Assembly: GCA_035557795.1 (NCBI GenBank)
Contig: DATMDM010000098.1
Span: forward strand, 1 to 62,689
Length of the DNA: 62,689 bases
From: Thermoplasmata archaeon
GTDB lineage: Archaea > Thermoplasmatota > Thermoplasmata > RBG-16-68-12
Direction: 5' to 3'
Positions within the stretch are counted from its first letter, which is position 1; the number at the start of each line of letters is the position of its first letter. Shown piece after piece: positions 8,541-18,074 of this stretch. A program made the translations under genes and the position numbers. Below the pieces are notes generated by a model. It was not told where the DNA came from. It worked only from the letters and a program-made list of their open reading frames with translations, and made no database searches.

Positions 8541-9122
8541 ATGAAGCCGCGAGTGAGTCGCGGCCAAGCAGCCTCCCGCCTGGCCCCGACACCGGCAGCA
8601 CGACTGTCGCCTCAGGACGAACACATCTTCGGGGAGCTCATGGAGCGATTCGCCGTCCTCTCTGAAATGTGCTTCCGGTTCTCCCAGGACATCTACCTCC
8701 GGACGGGCGCGGTGCCGGAGCTGGACGTCGAGGAGACGGTTCGGAGGAACGTGTCGATTGCGCGGCGCGTCTTCGGGGATCGGTTCCTGGAAATCCTGGC
8801 GACGATCTATCTCAAGAAATCGGTCGGCGCCCGCGAGCTGGCGGCGATCCTCGGCGGGCTCACGACACCCGACATATCCCGGAAGCTGCGGGCCCTCGAA
8901 ATGGCCGGGCTGGTCGAGAGTGGTCCCTCGTTCGGCGAGCCCGACCAGACCCGATTCTCCCTGACGCACAAGGGGATCGTCATCGCCCGTCTCGGCGAAC
9001 CGGTGTTCCTATATCTGAGGCTGGCGGAGGGTTGGAACACGCCGACCTCCGAAGTGCGACCCGCAGCCGAGGCGGAAGGAGCCGAAAAGGCGGCGGACGT
9101 CCACGCCGAGGCGCGGACCTAG
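8541..9122 (+). CDS. Winged-helix transcriptional regulator (ArsR/HxlR-like)
   Basis: RFLEILATIYLKKSVGARELAAILGGLTTPDISRKLRALEMAGLVE is an HTH-plus-wing pattern. The start is uncertain. Confidence 0.65.
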   Translation: MKPRVSRGQAASRLAPTPAARLSPQDEHIFGELMERFAVLSEMCFRFSQDIYLRTGAVPELDVEETVRRNVSIARRVFGDRFLEILATIYLKKSVGARELAAILGGLTTPDISRKLRALEMAGLVESGPSFGEPDQTRFSLTHKGIVIARLGEPVFLYLRLAEGWNTPTSEVRPAAEAEGAEKAADVHAEART

Positions 9123-9177
9123 TCCGGCAGGACGCGCAGCCATCCCGTCAGGATGGCTTCTGATCACGGAAGGAGAG

Positions 9178-9292
9178 TCCCGCCTGCCGGATTTGAACCG
9201 GCGGCCTGATGATGGCAGCGGGCACCGCGCACGCGAACGGGCACGGGAGCACTCTACAGTCACCCGCTCTGACCAGGCTGAGCTAAGGCGGG
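9178..9292 (-). tRNA. tRNA-Tyr (GTA) with a 40-nt intron at the canonical 37/38 position
   Basis: Hand-folded cloverleaf: CCCGCCT/AGGCGGG acceptor, GCTC-AGCCTGGTCA-GAGC D arm, GGTGA-CTGTAG[intron 9214-9253]A-TCATC anticodon arm, GCCGG-TTCAAAT-CCGGC T arm, discriminator A. No encoded CCA. Confidence 0.85.
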
Positions 9293-9394
9293 ATACTCGT
9301 CGAAACGGCTCGGCCCATAAGACCCTATCGCATCGACCGCCGCAGCCGCGCGCCACTCGGGAAGATAAATAGCGACCGGGGGTTCCAGGTCCGC

Positions 9395-10348
9395 ATGGTC
9401 TTGCGCCGCGGACTTCGCAACTGGCTCCTCGCGAAGGACTCGGACCCGAGCGTCCGTCTCCGGGTGCTGAGGGATCTTCTCGACCGACCGGCCGACGATC
9501 CCGCGGTCGTCCGCGCCCAACGGGAAATCGGGAGAAAGGGATGGGCCGCCCAAATCCTGCGGGGACAGCACCCGGCGGGGCAATGGGTGAACCCGGGCAC
9601 CTCCGCACTCGATCTGTACCGGCCCAAGTACGTAGCAACGAACTGGCGGCTGCTCGTCCTCTCGGACCTGGGCCTCACCAAGAAGACCCCCCGGGTCGCG
9701 AAAGCGATGGGCCTGTTCCTGAACCGCTTCTCACAGTCCGGCGATCTCGGAGGCCGCAGCAGCGAAGTGTGCATCACCGGGAACGCGGTCCGCATGATGG
9801 CCCGCTTCGGGTACTTGAAGGACCCTCGGATGAAGCCGGCGATCGAATGGCTTGTTCGCCACCAGAAGAAGGATGGAGGCTGGCATTGCTTCCGCTCCCG
9901 CACCGGGACGCTCGACTGCTGGGAGGCCCTCGCCGCCTTCGCGGCGCTCCCCTCCGAGGCGAGGACGCCGCCAATCCTCGAATCGATCGAGCGAGGCGCG
10001 GAATTCTACCTCGAGCGACGGCTCTTTCGGGAAGGACCCACTCCTTACCGTCCGTGGTTCCGGCTCCACTATCCCGTCCACTATTACTACGACATCCTGC
10101 TCGGACTCGACACCCTCACGTCTCTGGGCTACGGCGCGGACCCGCGGACGCAGCCTGCCCTCGGCCGCCTCGAGGCGATGCGCAACCGCGACGGAAGCTG
10201 GAGCATGGACGCCCTCCACCCGGACACGGAAGACCCCGCATACCAGTTTCGCGGCCCGTTCTATCCGCTCGGACTCGAGGTCCCAGGCCGGCCGAGCCGA
10301 TGGATCACAACGACCGCGCTCTCGGTCCTGAAACGGGCCGGCCGCTGA
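9395..10348 (+). CDS. Prenyltransferase / squalene-oxidase-repeat-like (alpha/alpha toroid) protein
   Basis: 317 aa with repeated QxxDGGW-type motifs (HQKKDGGWHCF, MRNRDGSWSMD). Confidence 0.6.
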   Translation: MVLRRGLRNWLLAKDSDPSVRLRVLRDLLDRPADDPAVVRAQREIGRKGWAAQILRGQHPAGQWVNPGTSALDLYRPKYVATNWRLLVLSDLGLTKKTPRVAKAMGLFLNRFSQSGDLGGRSSEVCITGNAVRMMARFGYLKDPRMKPAIEWLVRHQKKDGGWHCFRSRTGTLDCWEALAAFAALPSEARTPPILESIERGAEFYLERRLFREGPTPYRPWFRLHYPVHYYYDILLGLDTLTSLGYGADPRTQPALGRLEAMRNRDGSWSMDALHPDTEDPAYQFRGPFYPLGLEVPGRPSRWITTTALSVLKRAGR

Positions 10349-10391
10349 CGCGCCCAGGTCCGCGGGCTCAGAAGGAGAATCGAGAGTGAAC

Positions 10392-10465
10392 TGCCGCGGG
10401 CCGGGCTCGAACCGGCGACTTCGAGATCTTCAGTCTCGCACTCTCCCAAACTGAGTTACCGCGGC
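10392..10465 (-). tRNA. tRNA-Phe (GAA)
   Basis: GCCGCGG-TA-ACTC-AGTTTGGGA-GAGT-G-CGAGA-CTGAAGA-TCTCG-AAGTC-GCCGG-TTCGAGC-CCGGC-CCGCGGC-A. 74 nt, no intron. Confidence 0.9.
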
Positions 10466-10527
10466 GCGAAGCGTCCGAACGCCCAGCGGGAGAAATAGTT
10501 TTTGGGGGCGCGACCTGAGGGTTCGAT

Positions 10528-11769
10528 TCAGAGGGGCAAATCCTTCACGGGCTCTCCCGAAATCCACACCTTGCGGATGTTCTCGGGCTCCGCGAGGATT
10601 CCAATCCGGTCCAGCGGACTCTTGGCTAGGGCAAGGAAATCCGCGTCGTAGCCGGCCTTGAGTTGTCCGGACTTCGGCGCCTGCGGGCCGATGGTGAGCG
10701 GCCCTGTGGCCGTAGCCGCCTCGATCGCATGAACCGGTTTCATCCCCGCCTCGACCAGATGCCCGACCTCGTGGCCGTTGAGGCCCCAGCCCGCCGGTCC
10801 ACCGGCGGACGTGAAGATGTCGGACCCGGTGGCCATACGCACCCCTTTACGAATCGCGATGCGCAACGCCTTCTGGTGTTGTTCGTTGATCGCGACGGCC
10901 TTCCGGTACGCGTACTCTGCGATCCCGGCCTCCTTCCCGACTCGGACGAGGCGATCGATGATGAACCGCGTGGGAACGAGGATCGCATCGCGCTCGAGCA
11001 GGAGGTCCGCCGCCTCCTCGTCGAGGAACGTGCCGTGCTCGATCGTCCGGCACCCTGCGCGGAGAGCGGCCATGATGCCGGGCTTGCCGTGGCAGTGGGC
11101 CGCGACGACCCGGTCCGCCCGCGCCGCCTCCGTGACGATCGCCTCGAGCTCCTCCCTCGAGAACTGCGCATGGACCGGATGGTCCAGTTCGCTCGCGACC
11201 CCGCCCGACGCGAGGACCTTGATGACCCTCGCCCCGACCCGGAGCTGCATCCGGACTCCTTTCAGGCACTCCGGGACTCCGTCGCAAAGATACGAGAAGC
11301 CGGTGCGACGCAACACATCATGAATGAAATCCAGCGGGAAGGAATGGAGATCTCCGTGCCCACCCGTCTGGCTCAGGGCTCCCCCCGCCCCGTAGATGCG
11401 CGGCCCACGGACCGTCCCTTCCGCGACGACCCGGGCCAAGTGGACGCCGAGCCCGGAGAGCTCCCGGATGCTCGTGAATCCAGCGGAGACCGCGACCTCC
11501 GCATCTTTCGTCGCCCGAGCCGCCAACACCGCGAGAGGCGTCCGGGCGATCTCCTCCACATTCAGGGTCCGGATCCCCATGAAATGCCCATGGACGTCCC
11601 ACATTCCCGGCATCAGCGCGGGCACGTTCAGGACCGTCGCACCCGCCGCCGACGGCGCCCCTTCGATCGGCCCCGCATATGCGATCGTCGCGCCGTCGAC
11701 GACCAGCGCGCCGTTCTTGATCGGATCCCCACGTCCAGGGATGAGCACGTCCGTTTCGATCCGCAGCAT
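10528..11769 (-). CDS. Metal-dependent amidohydrolase family protein
   Basis: Start at ATG 11769 (MLRIETDVLIPGRGDP). Motifs PGMWDVHGHF, VIKVLASGG and AAHCHG. Confidence 0.85.
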   Translation of the reverse strand: MLRIETDVLIPGRGDPIKNGALVVDGATIAYAGPIEGAPSAAGATVLNVPALMPGMWDVHGHFMGIRTLNVEEIARTPLAVLAARATKDAEVAVSAGFTSIRELSGLGVHLARVVAEGTVRGPRIYGAGGALSQTGGHGDLHSFPLDFIHDVLRRTGFSYLCDGVPECLKGVRMQLRVGARVIKVLASGGVASELDHPVHAQFSREELEAIVTEAARADRVVAAHCHGKPGIMAALRAGCRTIEHGTFLDEEAADLLLERDAILVPTRFIIDRLVRVGKEAGIAEYAYRKAVAINEQHQKALRIAIRKGVRMATGSDIFTSAGGPAGWGLNGHEVGHLVEAGMKPVHAIEAATATGPLTIGPQAPKSGQLKAGYDADFLALAKSPLDRIGILAEPENIRKVWISGEPVKDLPL

Positions 11770-11830
11770 CGGGTTGGCAATCACGGGCGGACGCAAGAAC
11801 GTAGCGGAGCGGCGAGACACCGAGAACCTT

Positions 11831-13273
11831 ATGGGTCGGTCCCCGTTCCCGCGCGCCATGGCGGGACTCGCGCCGCCGGAAGTGGATCGGGCCCTCGAAG
11901 CCCGCTTCTCCGACGCCCTCGAGTACACGCGCCGCCTGCTGCGTCAGCCCTCGGTGAGCGCGACCGGCGAAGGGATCCGAGAGTGTTCGGAACTCGTGCA
12001 GCAGATGATGGCGGACATTGGTTGCAAGACCCGGACCTGGTCGAAGGGCGGCCACCCGCTCATCATCGGCGAGCTGGACGTGGGCGCGCCCGTCACCCTG
12101 ATCGTGTACGAGATGTACGACGTCCAACCGGTCGGCGACTTGAACGCGTGGCAGGCTCCGCCCTTTGCGGCGGAAATCCGCGACCTGCCCGGCGTGGGCA
12201 AGGCCATCATCGCCCGCGGCTCGACGAACTCGAAGGGAGCGCTCGCGAACCATCTCTTCACCTGGAAGACGATCCGCGACGTCGACGAGATGCCCGTGAA
12301 CCTGATCATCCTCGCCGAGGGGGAGGAAGAGATCAGCAGCGCGAACTTCATCGAATACATCCGGACGCACCGCCGCGAGTTGAAGGCGGACGCCGCGATT
12401 GCGAACGACTATTCCGAGGACCTTCGCGGCGTGCCGACGATTTACCTCGGGGTGAAGGGATGTCTGTACCTGACCGTCTGGTCGCGCGGGAACCCGCAGG
12501 CCGGCGGACCGATGGACAGCGAAATCCACAGCTCGAACGCGGTGTGGATCGGCTCCCCCGTGTGGCGGCTGCTCCAGGCCCTCAACACGTTGGTCGACGA
12601 AAACCAGCGGCCCGCGATCGACGGCATCTGGGAGGACGTCGTTCCGCCGACGAAGGCCGATTCCGCGATGGTCAAGACGCTCGCGAAGACGTTCGACCCG
12701 TCCGCGTGGCTCCAGGAGGAGCGGACGGCGAAGTTCAAATTCGAGTTGCCGAAGGACCAGCTCTTGCTGAAGTACCTGTTCGAGCCGACCGTGAACATCT
12801 GCGGCATCTACTCCGGCTACATCGAACATGGCGGCACGAAGACGGTCCTGCCGCACGAAGCGTACGCGAAGATCGACATCCGACTGGTCAAGGCCATGAC
12901 GGTCGAGGGAACGCTGAGGAAGCTGCGCGACCACTTGAAGAAGCGAGGGTATGACGACTTGCGAATCGAGGTCCATGGGCCCTACGGACCGGCGAAGACG
13001 GACCCGGAATCGTGGATCGCGAAGGCCGCGGTCGAGGCCGTTCAGGCGAACGGGAAGGAGCCGGAGGTCTGGCCCTCGAGCGGGGGAACGATGCCCGCCT
13101 TTGCCTTCGACGAGTACCTCAAACTGCCATGGGTGTCGACCGGGCTGGGGCACGGTTCCCGCGCCCACGCGCCGAACGAGTACGCCTCGATCGACGGAAT
13201 GAGACGGTTCATGGCCGGCGAAGCGACGCTCCTCTACGCGGCCGCGAAGCGGGCCCCGAAACGGCGACGATAA
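11831..13273 (+). CDS. M20-family metallopeptidase (dipeptidase / ArgE-DapE-like)
   Basis: Motifs YEMYDVQPV, ILAEGEEEISS and HAPNEY. Divergent from the amidohydrolase. An alternative ATG is at 11858. Confidence 0.85.
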   Translation: MGRSPFPRAMAGLAPPEVDRALEARFSDALEYTRRLLRQPSVSATGEGIRECSELVQQMMADIGCKTRTWSKGGHPLIIGELDVGAPVTLIVYEMYDVQPVGDLNAWQAPPFAAEIRDLPGVGKAIIARGSTNSKGALANHLFTWKTIRDVDEMPVNLIILAEGEEEISSANFIEYIRTHRRELKADAAIANDYSEDLRGVPTIYLGVKGCLYLTVWSRGNPQAGGPMDSEIHSSNAVWIGSPVWRLLQALNTLVDENQRPAIDGIWEDVVPPTKADSAMVKTLAKTFDPSAWLQEERTAKFKFELPKDQLLLKYLFEPTVNICGIYSGYIEHGGTKTVLPHEAYAKIDIRLVKAMTVEGTLRKLRDHLKKRGYDDLRIEVHGPYGPAKTDPESWIAKAAVEAVQANGKEPEVWPSSGGTMPAFAFDEYLKLPWVSTGLGHGSRAHAPNEYASIDGMRRFMAGEATLLYAAAKRAPKRRR

Positions 13274-13380
13274 GCCTTCGACGAGGGCCCCGAAATCGCC
13301 TCGAAAAACGAGGGCGAAAAACGGTCCCGCTCATATGGAGAAAATCAACTCATTCTCAAGGTCAGATTTTCAGCGCGACA

Positions 13381-13392
13381 CCTATAAATAGC
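13381..13392 (+). promoter_or_regulatory. TATA box of the pilus-like operon
   Basis: CCTATAAATAGC lies about 60 nt upstream of ATG 13448. AGGTGGA precedes the ATG. Confidence 0.55.
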
Positions 13393-13447
13393 GTCATCCG
13401 GGATGGGCCGATGGAATGTCTACGGAGAATACTCCTCAGGTGGATTC

Positions 13448-14446
13448 ATGCGTCTTTTGATCCGCGACATTCGCGGGGACGAGAAAGGAGTCGCCTCGAC
13501 CGTCGGCACGATCATGGCCCTCCTCGTCTTCCTCACGTTCCTCAGCCTCATCGTGAATCAGTACGTGCCCGTCTGGATGAAGGACTCCGAAGCGTCCCAC
13601 ATGAACGGCGCGTTGGGCCAGTTTGGCGGGCTCAAAGGGGCGATCGACCTCCAGATCCTCTCGGCGCAGGCCGCCAAGATTTCGGGAACCCACTACATCC
13701 CCGTGACGTCCTCGTCCGCCGTGAGCCTCGGGGTCGACGGCGTTCCGATTTTCGCGGCTTCGACCCTCGGCACGCTCCAGTCTTACCCGGACGCAGGCCC
13801 CTTCACCGTGACGTTCGACTACCTGATTCGGGGCGTATCCACGCGAGTTCAAGAACAATCGAACGGGTCCATCGAACTTGACGTCGCGAACCGGTACTAT
13901 GTCCCGCAGAAGATCGCGTACGAAAACGGCGCGGTCATCCGGTACCAATCGGACGGCCAGGTCATCCGGGCCCAGCCCACGTTCTCCGTCTTGAAGACGA
14001 ACAACACCCTCGACGTCTCGTTCGGCCTGGTCAGCCTGTACGGTGCCGGCAGCGTGTCCGGGACCAGCACGGAAGTCGTGAACACGCAGGTGTTCGCCTT
14101 CGACCGCCAGGATTACCAAGGATTCCCCGCCAACGCGGTCATCTGGGTCAACCACACCTCGCGGTACGGCCTATCCTGGTATCGGTTCCTCAACCAGACC
14201 CTCGCCAGCGCACTCGTCCTCGGCGGGACGTTCACGCAGACTCCACTCGACATCTCGTACACGGCGAAGATCGGTCTCATCGTGATCTACAAAGTCTCTG
14301 CGAGCTACAATCCGGCTCTGCGGACGTACACGATGCGCCTCGAGATTCACAACAATCCAGCGCTGCTCGCCCTGAGCGTCTTCCGCCTGCTGCACGCCCA
14401 GGTCCAGGTCGGAGTGGGAGATACGACATCGAACGTTCAGTTCTGA
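13448..14446 (+). CDS. Archaeal type IV pilin-like protein (class III signal peptide)
   Basis: MRLLIRDIRGDEKG-VASTVGTIMALLVFLTFLSLIV fits the prepilin-peptidase motif plus a hydrophobic helix. The rest is beta-rich and Ser/Thr-rich. Confidence 0.7.
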   Translation: MRLLIRDIRGDEKGVASTVGTIMALLVFLTFLSLIVNQYVPVWMKDSEASHMNGALGQFGGLKGAIDLQILSAQAAKISGTHYIPVTSSSAVSLGVDGVPIFAASTLGTLQSYPDAGPFTVTFDYLIRGVSTRVQEQSNGSIELDVANRYYVPQKIAYENGAVIRYQSDGQVIRAQPTFSVLKTNNTLDVSFGLVSLYGAGSVSGTSTEVVNTQVFAFDRQDYQGFPANAVIWVNHTSRYGLSWYRFLNQTLASALVLGGTFTQTPLDISYTAKIGLIVIYKVSASYNPALRTYTMRLEIHNNPALLALSVFRLLHAQVQVGVGDTTSNVQF

Positions 14447-14458
14447 GGTGGAATAGGG

Positions 14459-16111
14459 ATGCCGAAACAGAAAAAGATCCTGATGCCGCGGGGCGCGATC
14501 CAAAAGAAGGCCGAGTGGTCCGGGACGCGCGGTTCCTACCTCACCCACATCCCGAATCTTTCCCGCGACACCTTGGAAGAAATCGAGGTCGTCCCGATTC
14601 GAGAGCCGTTCACCTACTCGCGCATCGTCTACGACCACGATCGCTCCGAATACGTGTACGAAGTCTGGGAGCCCCAGCTCAACGCGGAGGAGAAGGAGTT
14701 CCTCGACATGATCAAGGACTCCCTGAACCGCACCCTCGAATACGAATGGGACAAGATGGCGGAGAAGGACAAGAAAGAGTACCTCCAGGAGGCCGTCGAC
14801 TCGTTCATCCAGTCCCGGGGCCTCCGCTTGGCGCCGGCCTCGAAGGACAAGATCGTCTACTACATCATCCGCGACTTCGTCGGATACGGCCCGGTCGACG
14901 TCCTGATGTCCGACCTGCGAATCGAAGACGTCTCTTGCGACGGCACCAGCATCCCGCTCTTCATCTTCCATCAGAAGTTCGAATCGATCAAGACGAGCGT
15001 CATCTTCGATGACGAGGACGCCCTGAACTCATTCGCCGTCATGCTCGGGCAGCGATGCGGCAAGCAAATCTCCGTCGCGAACCCGATCCTGGACGGCACC
15101 TCTGTGGAAGGGCATCGTGTCCAAGCGACGTACAGCAAGGAAGTCACAACCCGAGGCTCGTCGTTCACGATCCGGCGGTACAAGGAGAAGCCCTTCACCC
15201 CGGTCGAGCTCGTCAAGTTCGGGACCGCGAGCGCCGAGATGGTCGCGTATCTCTGGGTCGCGGTGGAGAGCGGCAAGTCGATGATGGTCTGCGGAGGGAC
15301 GGCCAGCGGAAAGACTGCGACCCTGAACAGCGCCGCCCTCTTCATCCGACCGGGAGCGAAGATCGTGTCCATCGAGGACACCCGGGAAATCAACCTCCCC
15401 CACGAGAACTGGATCCCAGGGACGACGCGGTCCGGCGTGGGCGAGCGGGGGGCCGACGGCAAGGCGGGAGGCGAGATCGACATGTACGACCTCGTTCGAG
15501 CGGCGTTGCGGCAGCGGCCGAACTACATCGTCGTCGGAGAGGTCCGCGGCAAGGAGACGTACACGATGTTCCAGGCGATGGCGACGGGCCACCCGACGAT
15601 GTCCACGATGCACGCGGACTCGGTCAAGTCGATGGTGAACCGCCTGGAGAACCCACCGATCAACACACCGCGCATCCTGTTGACTGCCTTGAACTTCGTC
15701 ATCATCCAGTCCCATGCTCGGATTGGAGACTCGATCGTGCGACGGATGAAGCAGATCGTCGAGCTCGTCGGGTTTGAGCCGGAGACGAACGAACTCATCA
15801 CGAACACGGTCTACGAGTGGGACGCCGCGACAGACACGTTCGTGTACAAGGGGCACTCGTTTCTGTTCGATGAGATCATGGAAATGAAGAACATGACTCA
15901 TGAGGAGATGGAGGCGGAGTTCCAGCGCCGGGTCGACATTATCAACTACATGCTGCAAAAGGGCATGCTGGACTTCCGAGAGATCGCGAAGCTCGTTGTC
16001 CAGTACTACCAGTACCCAGAGGAGACCGCGAAGCGAGTCCGGGAAGAAATGGGCTGGCAGGACCATGCAGTCATGAAGGCCGTCGAGGCAGGGGGCGAGA
16101 CCGTTGGGTAG
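14459..16111 (+). CDS. Type IV filament assembly ATPase (PilB/ArlI/VirB11 family), copy 1
   Basis: GSSFTIRRY, Walker A GGTASGKT, SIEDTREINLPHENW, Walker B YIVVGEVRG, His box TMHAD. GAGGTGG RBS. Confidence 0.9.
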   Translation: MPKQKKILMPRGAIQKKAEWSGTRGSYLTHIPNLSRDTLEEIEVVPIREPFTYSRIVYDHDRSEYVYEVWEPQLNAEEKEFLDMIKDSLNRTLEYEWDKMAEKDKKEYLQEAVDSFIQSRGLRLAPASKDKIVYYIIRDFVGYGPVDVLMSDLRIEDVSCDGTSIPLFIFHQKFESIKTSVIFDDEDALNSFAVMLGQRCGKQISVANPILDGTSVEGHRVQATYSKEVTTRGSSFTIRRYKEKPFTPVELVKFGTASAEMVAYLWVAVESGKSMMVCGGTASGKTATLNSAALFIRPGAKIVSIEDTREINLPHENWIPGTTRSGVGERGADGKAGGEIDMYDLVRAALRQRPNYIVVGEVRGKETYTMFQAMATGHPTMSTMHADSVKSMVNRLENPPINTPRILLTALNFVIIQSHARIGDSIVRRMKQIVELVGFEPETNELITNTVYEWDAATDTFVYKGHSFLFDEIMEMKNMTHEEMEAEFQRRVDIINYMLQKGMLDFREIAKLVVQYYQYPEETAKRVREEMGWQDHAVMKAVEAGGETVG

Positions 16112-17141
16112 CTCGGCATTCGAGAAGCTCGAGACGCGAGGCACGCTCACGAAGACGAAGCGGTTCCGCCCGGGCGAGGAGTCCGAAAAGGCCGCCCACA
16201 TGGTGAAGCTCCCGAAGGGGGCCAAGCCCGTGAACGTCAGCCTGCCCCCGAAGGCGCAGGTTGCCTGGCGCATGTTCGGGAAGTTCGTCCAGGCTCGGAC
16301 CGGGAGCGACCCGGAACTTGAGGACAATCTCCTGAAGGCCCACATCCGGCTTCGGCCCGAAGAGTACCTTGCGGTCGCGTGGATGAACACCACGTTCGCG
16401 GCCGTCGGCGCGGTGGTCGCGGCGTTCGTCGCCGCGCTCTTCCTGCTCATCCTCAACATCCCGATCACGACGCTCCTGATCATCTTCGGGCTCGTCGCAG
16501 CCATTCCGATCTTCTTCTCGTACATGTACGCCTTCGGCCTCCCGGTCGGTTACCATGGGAAGCCCGCGGGTATGGCGAAGAAGCGCGGCCACAAGATCGA
16601 CAAGCGGATCTCCGGCGCGATGTCGTTCGTCTCCGCGATGGCCTCCGCCGACGTCCCCGTGGACGTGATCTTCAAAGAGCTCTCCAAGCAGACGATCTAC
16701 GGCGAGGTCGCCAAGGAGGCGGAGTGGATCACCCGAGACACGGAGCTGCTCGGCCTGGATATCTTGACCGCGATCCGTAAGGCGGCGCAGCGCTCCCCGT
16801 CCTCAAAGTTCTCGGACTTCCTCCAAGGCGTCGTCACGACGTCCACGAGCGGCGGCCAGCTCAAACCGTACTTTCTCGTGAAGGCGGAGCAATTCGAGAA
16901 AGAAGACCGCCTCGAGATGCGGAAGAAGATGGAGACGCTCGGGATGCTCGCGGAGTCGTTCGTGACCGTCGTCGTGGCATTCCCGCTTTTCCTCGTCGTG
17001 ATCATGGCGATCATGGCCCTGATCAGCAAGACGGGGTCCGGATTCGTCGTCCTCCTGTTGTACGTAGTTGTCGCGCTCATGATCCCGATGAGCCAGTTCG
17101 GGTTCATCTTCGTCATCTGGAACATGGAACAGGAGGGCTGA
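16104..17141 (+). CDS. Type II secretion system F-domain membrane platform protein, half 1 (TadB/ArlJ-like)
   Basis: Multi-pass membrane protein with one T2SSF-like cytoplasmic helical domain (IFKELSKQTIYGEVAKEAEWI...LTAIRKAAQRSPS...FLQGV). Overlaps the ATPase stop. An alternative ATG is at 16200. Confidence 0.75.
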   Translation: MGSSAFEKLETRGTLTKTKRFRPGEESEKAAHMVKLPKGAKPVNVSLPPKAQVAWRMFGKFVQARTGSDPELEDNLLKAHIRLRPEEYLAVAWMNTTFAAVGAVVAAFVAALFLLILNIPITTLLIIFGLVAAIPIFFSYMYAFGLPVGYHGKPAGMAKKRGHKIDKRISGAMSFVSAMASADVPVDVIFKELSKQTIYGEVAKEAEWITRDTELLGLDILTAIRKAAQRSPSSKFSDFLQGVVTTSTSGGQLKPYFLVKAEQFEKEDRLEMRKKMETLGMLAESFVTVVVAFPLFLVVIMAIMALISKTGSGFVVLLLYVVVALMIPMSQFGFIFVIWNMEQEG

Positions 17142-17142
17142 G

Positions 17143-18063
17143 ATGACGAACGTCGAGCTCGAGAAAGCCCGGCTCCGACGGACGGAGAAGGGGGACCGCC
17201 GCAAGAGCGTCATTGGCATCGGGTCGGCCCTGCTCGTCCTCTTCGGGTTCGTCGGCTTCCTGAACCTGATCGACTCGGTGAACCTCGCCTTCCGAGCCAC
17301 CCAAGGACCCGTTGAGCGCTTCCTGTACTGGCTCGTGATCGCGACCCTCGGCTTCATCGGGCCGTACGGATTCTACGTGGCGAAACTTCAGCGGGAGATC
17401 AAGCAGATCGAACGCCGGCTCCCGGACTTCCTCCGCGACGTCGCGGAGGCCGGGCGCTTCGGCATGACCCTCGCGGAAGCCATCGTCGTCTCGTCCGGAG
17501 GCCGCTACGGGAAGCTCACGCCGGAAATCAAGAAGATGGCGGCCCAGATCGCGTGGGGCGTCCCCGCGACGGAGGCGCTGCGCCTCTTTGCGGAGCGCGT
17601 GAAGACCCCGATGGTCGGGCGGGTCGTCGCCATCATCGTCAAGTCGTCCGATGCGGGAGGCGACGTCGCCGACGTCCTGACGATGGTCAGCCATGACACG
17701 AAGGAGAACCAGTTGACCGAGGACGAGCGCCGGATCGCGATGTCGACGTACATCGCGGTGATTTACATTTCCTTCATGGTCTTCCTCGTGACGATCTGGA
17801 TTCTCGACGTGACGTTCCTGCCGAAGATGCTCGAGGCGAGCGGCGCGCTGGCCTCGACCGGCGGCGCCGTCCAGAGCCCGCTGGCCCAAGACCTTCCGGG
17901 AGTCGTCAACCAAATCCGAATCGCGTTCTTCATCGCGACGGTGGTGCACGGCCTCGGGGACGGCATCCTCGCGGGAGTCCTGGACACCGGGAAGATCCCG
18001 AACGGGCTGAGGCACAGCTTCATCATGCTCGTGATCGCCCTGTTCGCGTTCCTGTTCATCTGA
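17143..18063 (+). CDS. Type II secretion system F-domain membrane platform protein, half 2 (TadC/ArlJ-like)
   Basis: LPDFLRDVAEAGRFGMTLAEAIVVS...MAAQIAWGVPATEALRLFAERV is a T2SSF pattern, followed by TM helices. AGGAGGG RBS. Confidence 0.8.
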   Translation: MTNVELEKARLRRTEKGDRRKSVIGIGSALLVLFGFVGFLNLIDSVNLAFRATQGPVERFLYWLVIATLGFIGPYGFYVAKLQREIKQIERRLPDFLRDVAEAGRFGMTLAEAIVVSSGGRYGKLTPEIKKMAAQIAWGVPATEALRLFAERVKTPMVGRVVAIIVKSSDAGGDVADVLTMVSHDTKENQLTEDERRIAMSTYIAVIYISFMVFLVTIWILDVTFLPKMLEASGALASTGGAVQSPLAQDLPGVVNQIRIAFFIATVVHGLGDGILAGVLDTGKIPNGLRHSFIMLVIALFAFLFI

Positions 18064-18074
18064 GGTGACGGAAA

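Noticed and set aside
10663-13168. Very long ORFs 10663..12954 (+) and 11318..13168 (-)
   Set aside because: They are shadow ORFs opposite or out of frame with the amidohydrolase and M20 peptidase genes. Composition is dominated by R, P, G and D, and no motifs are present.
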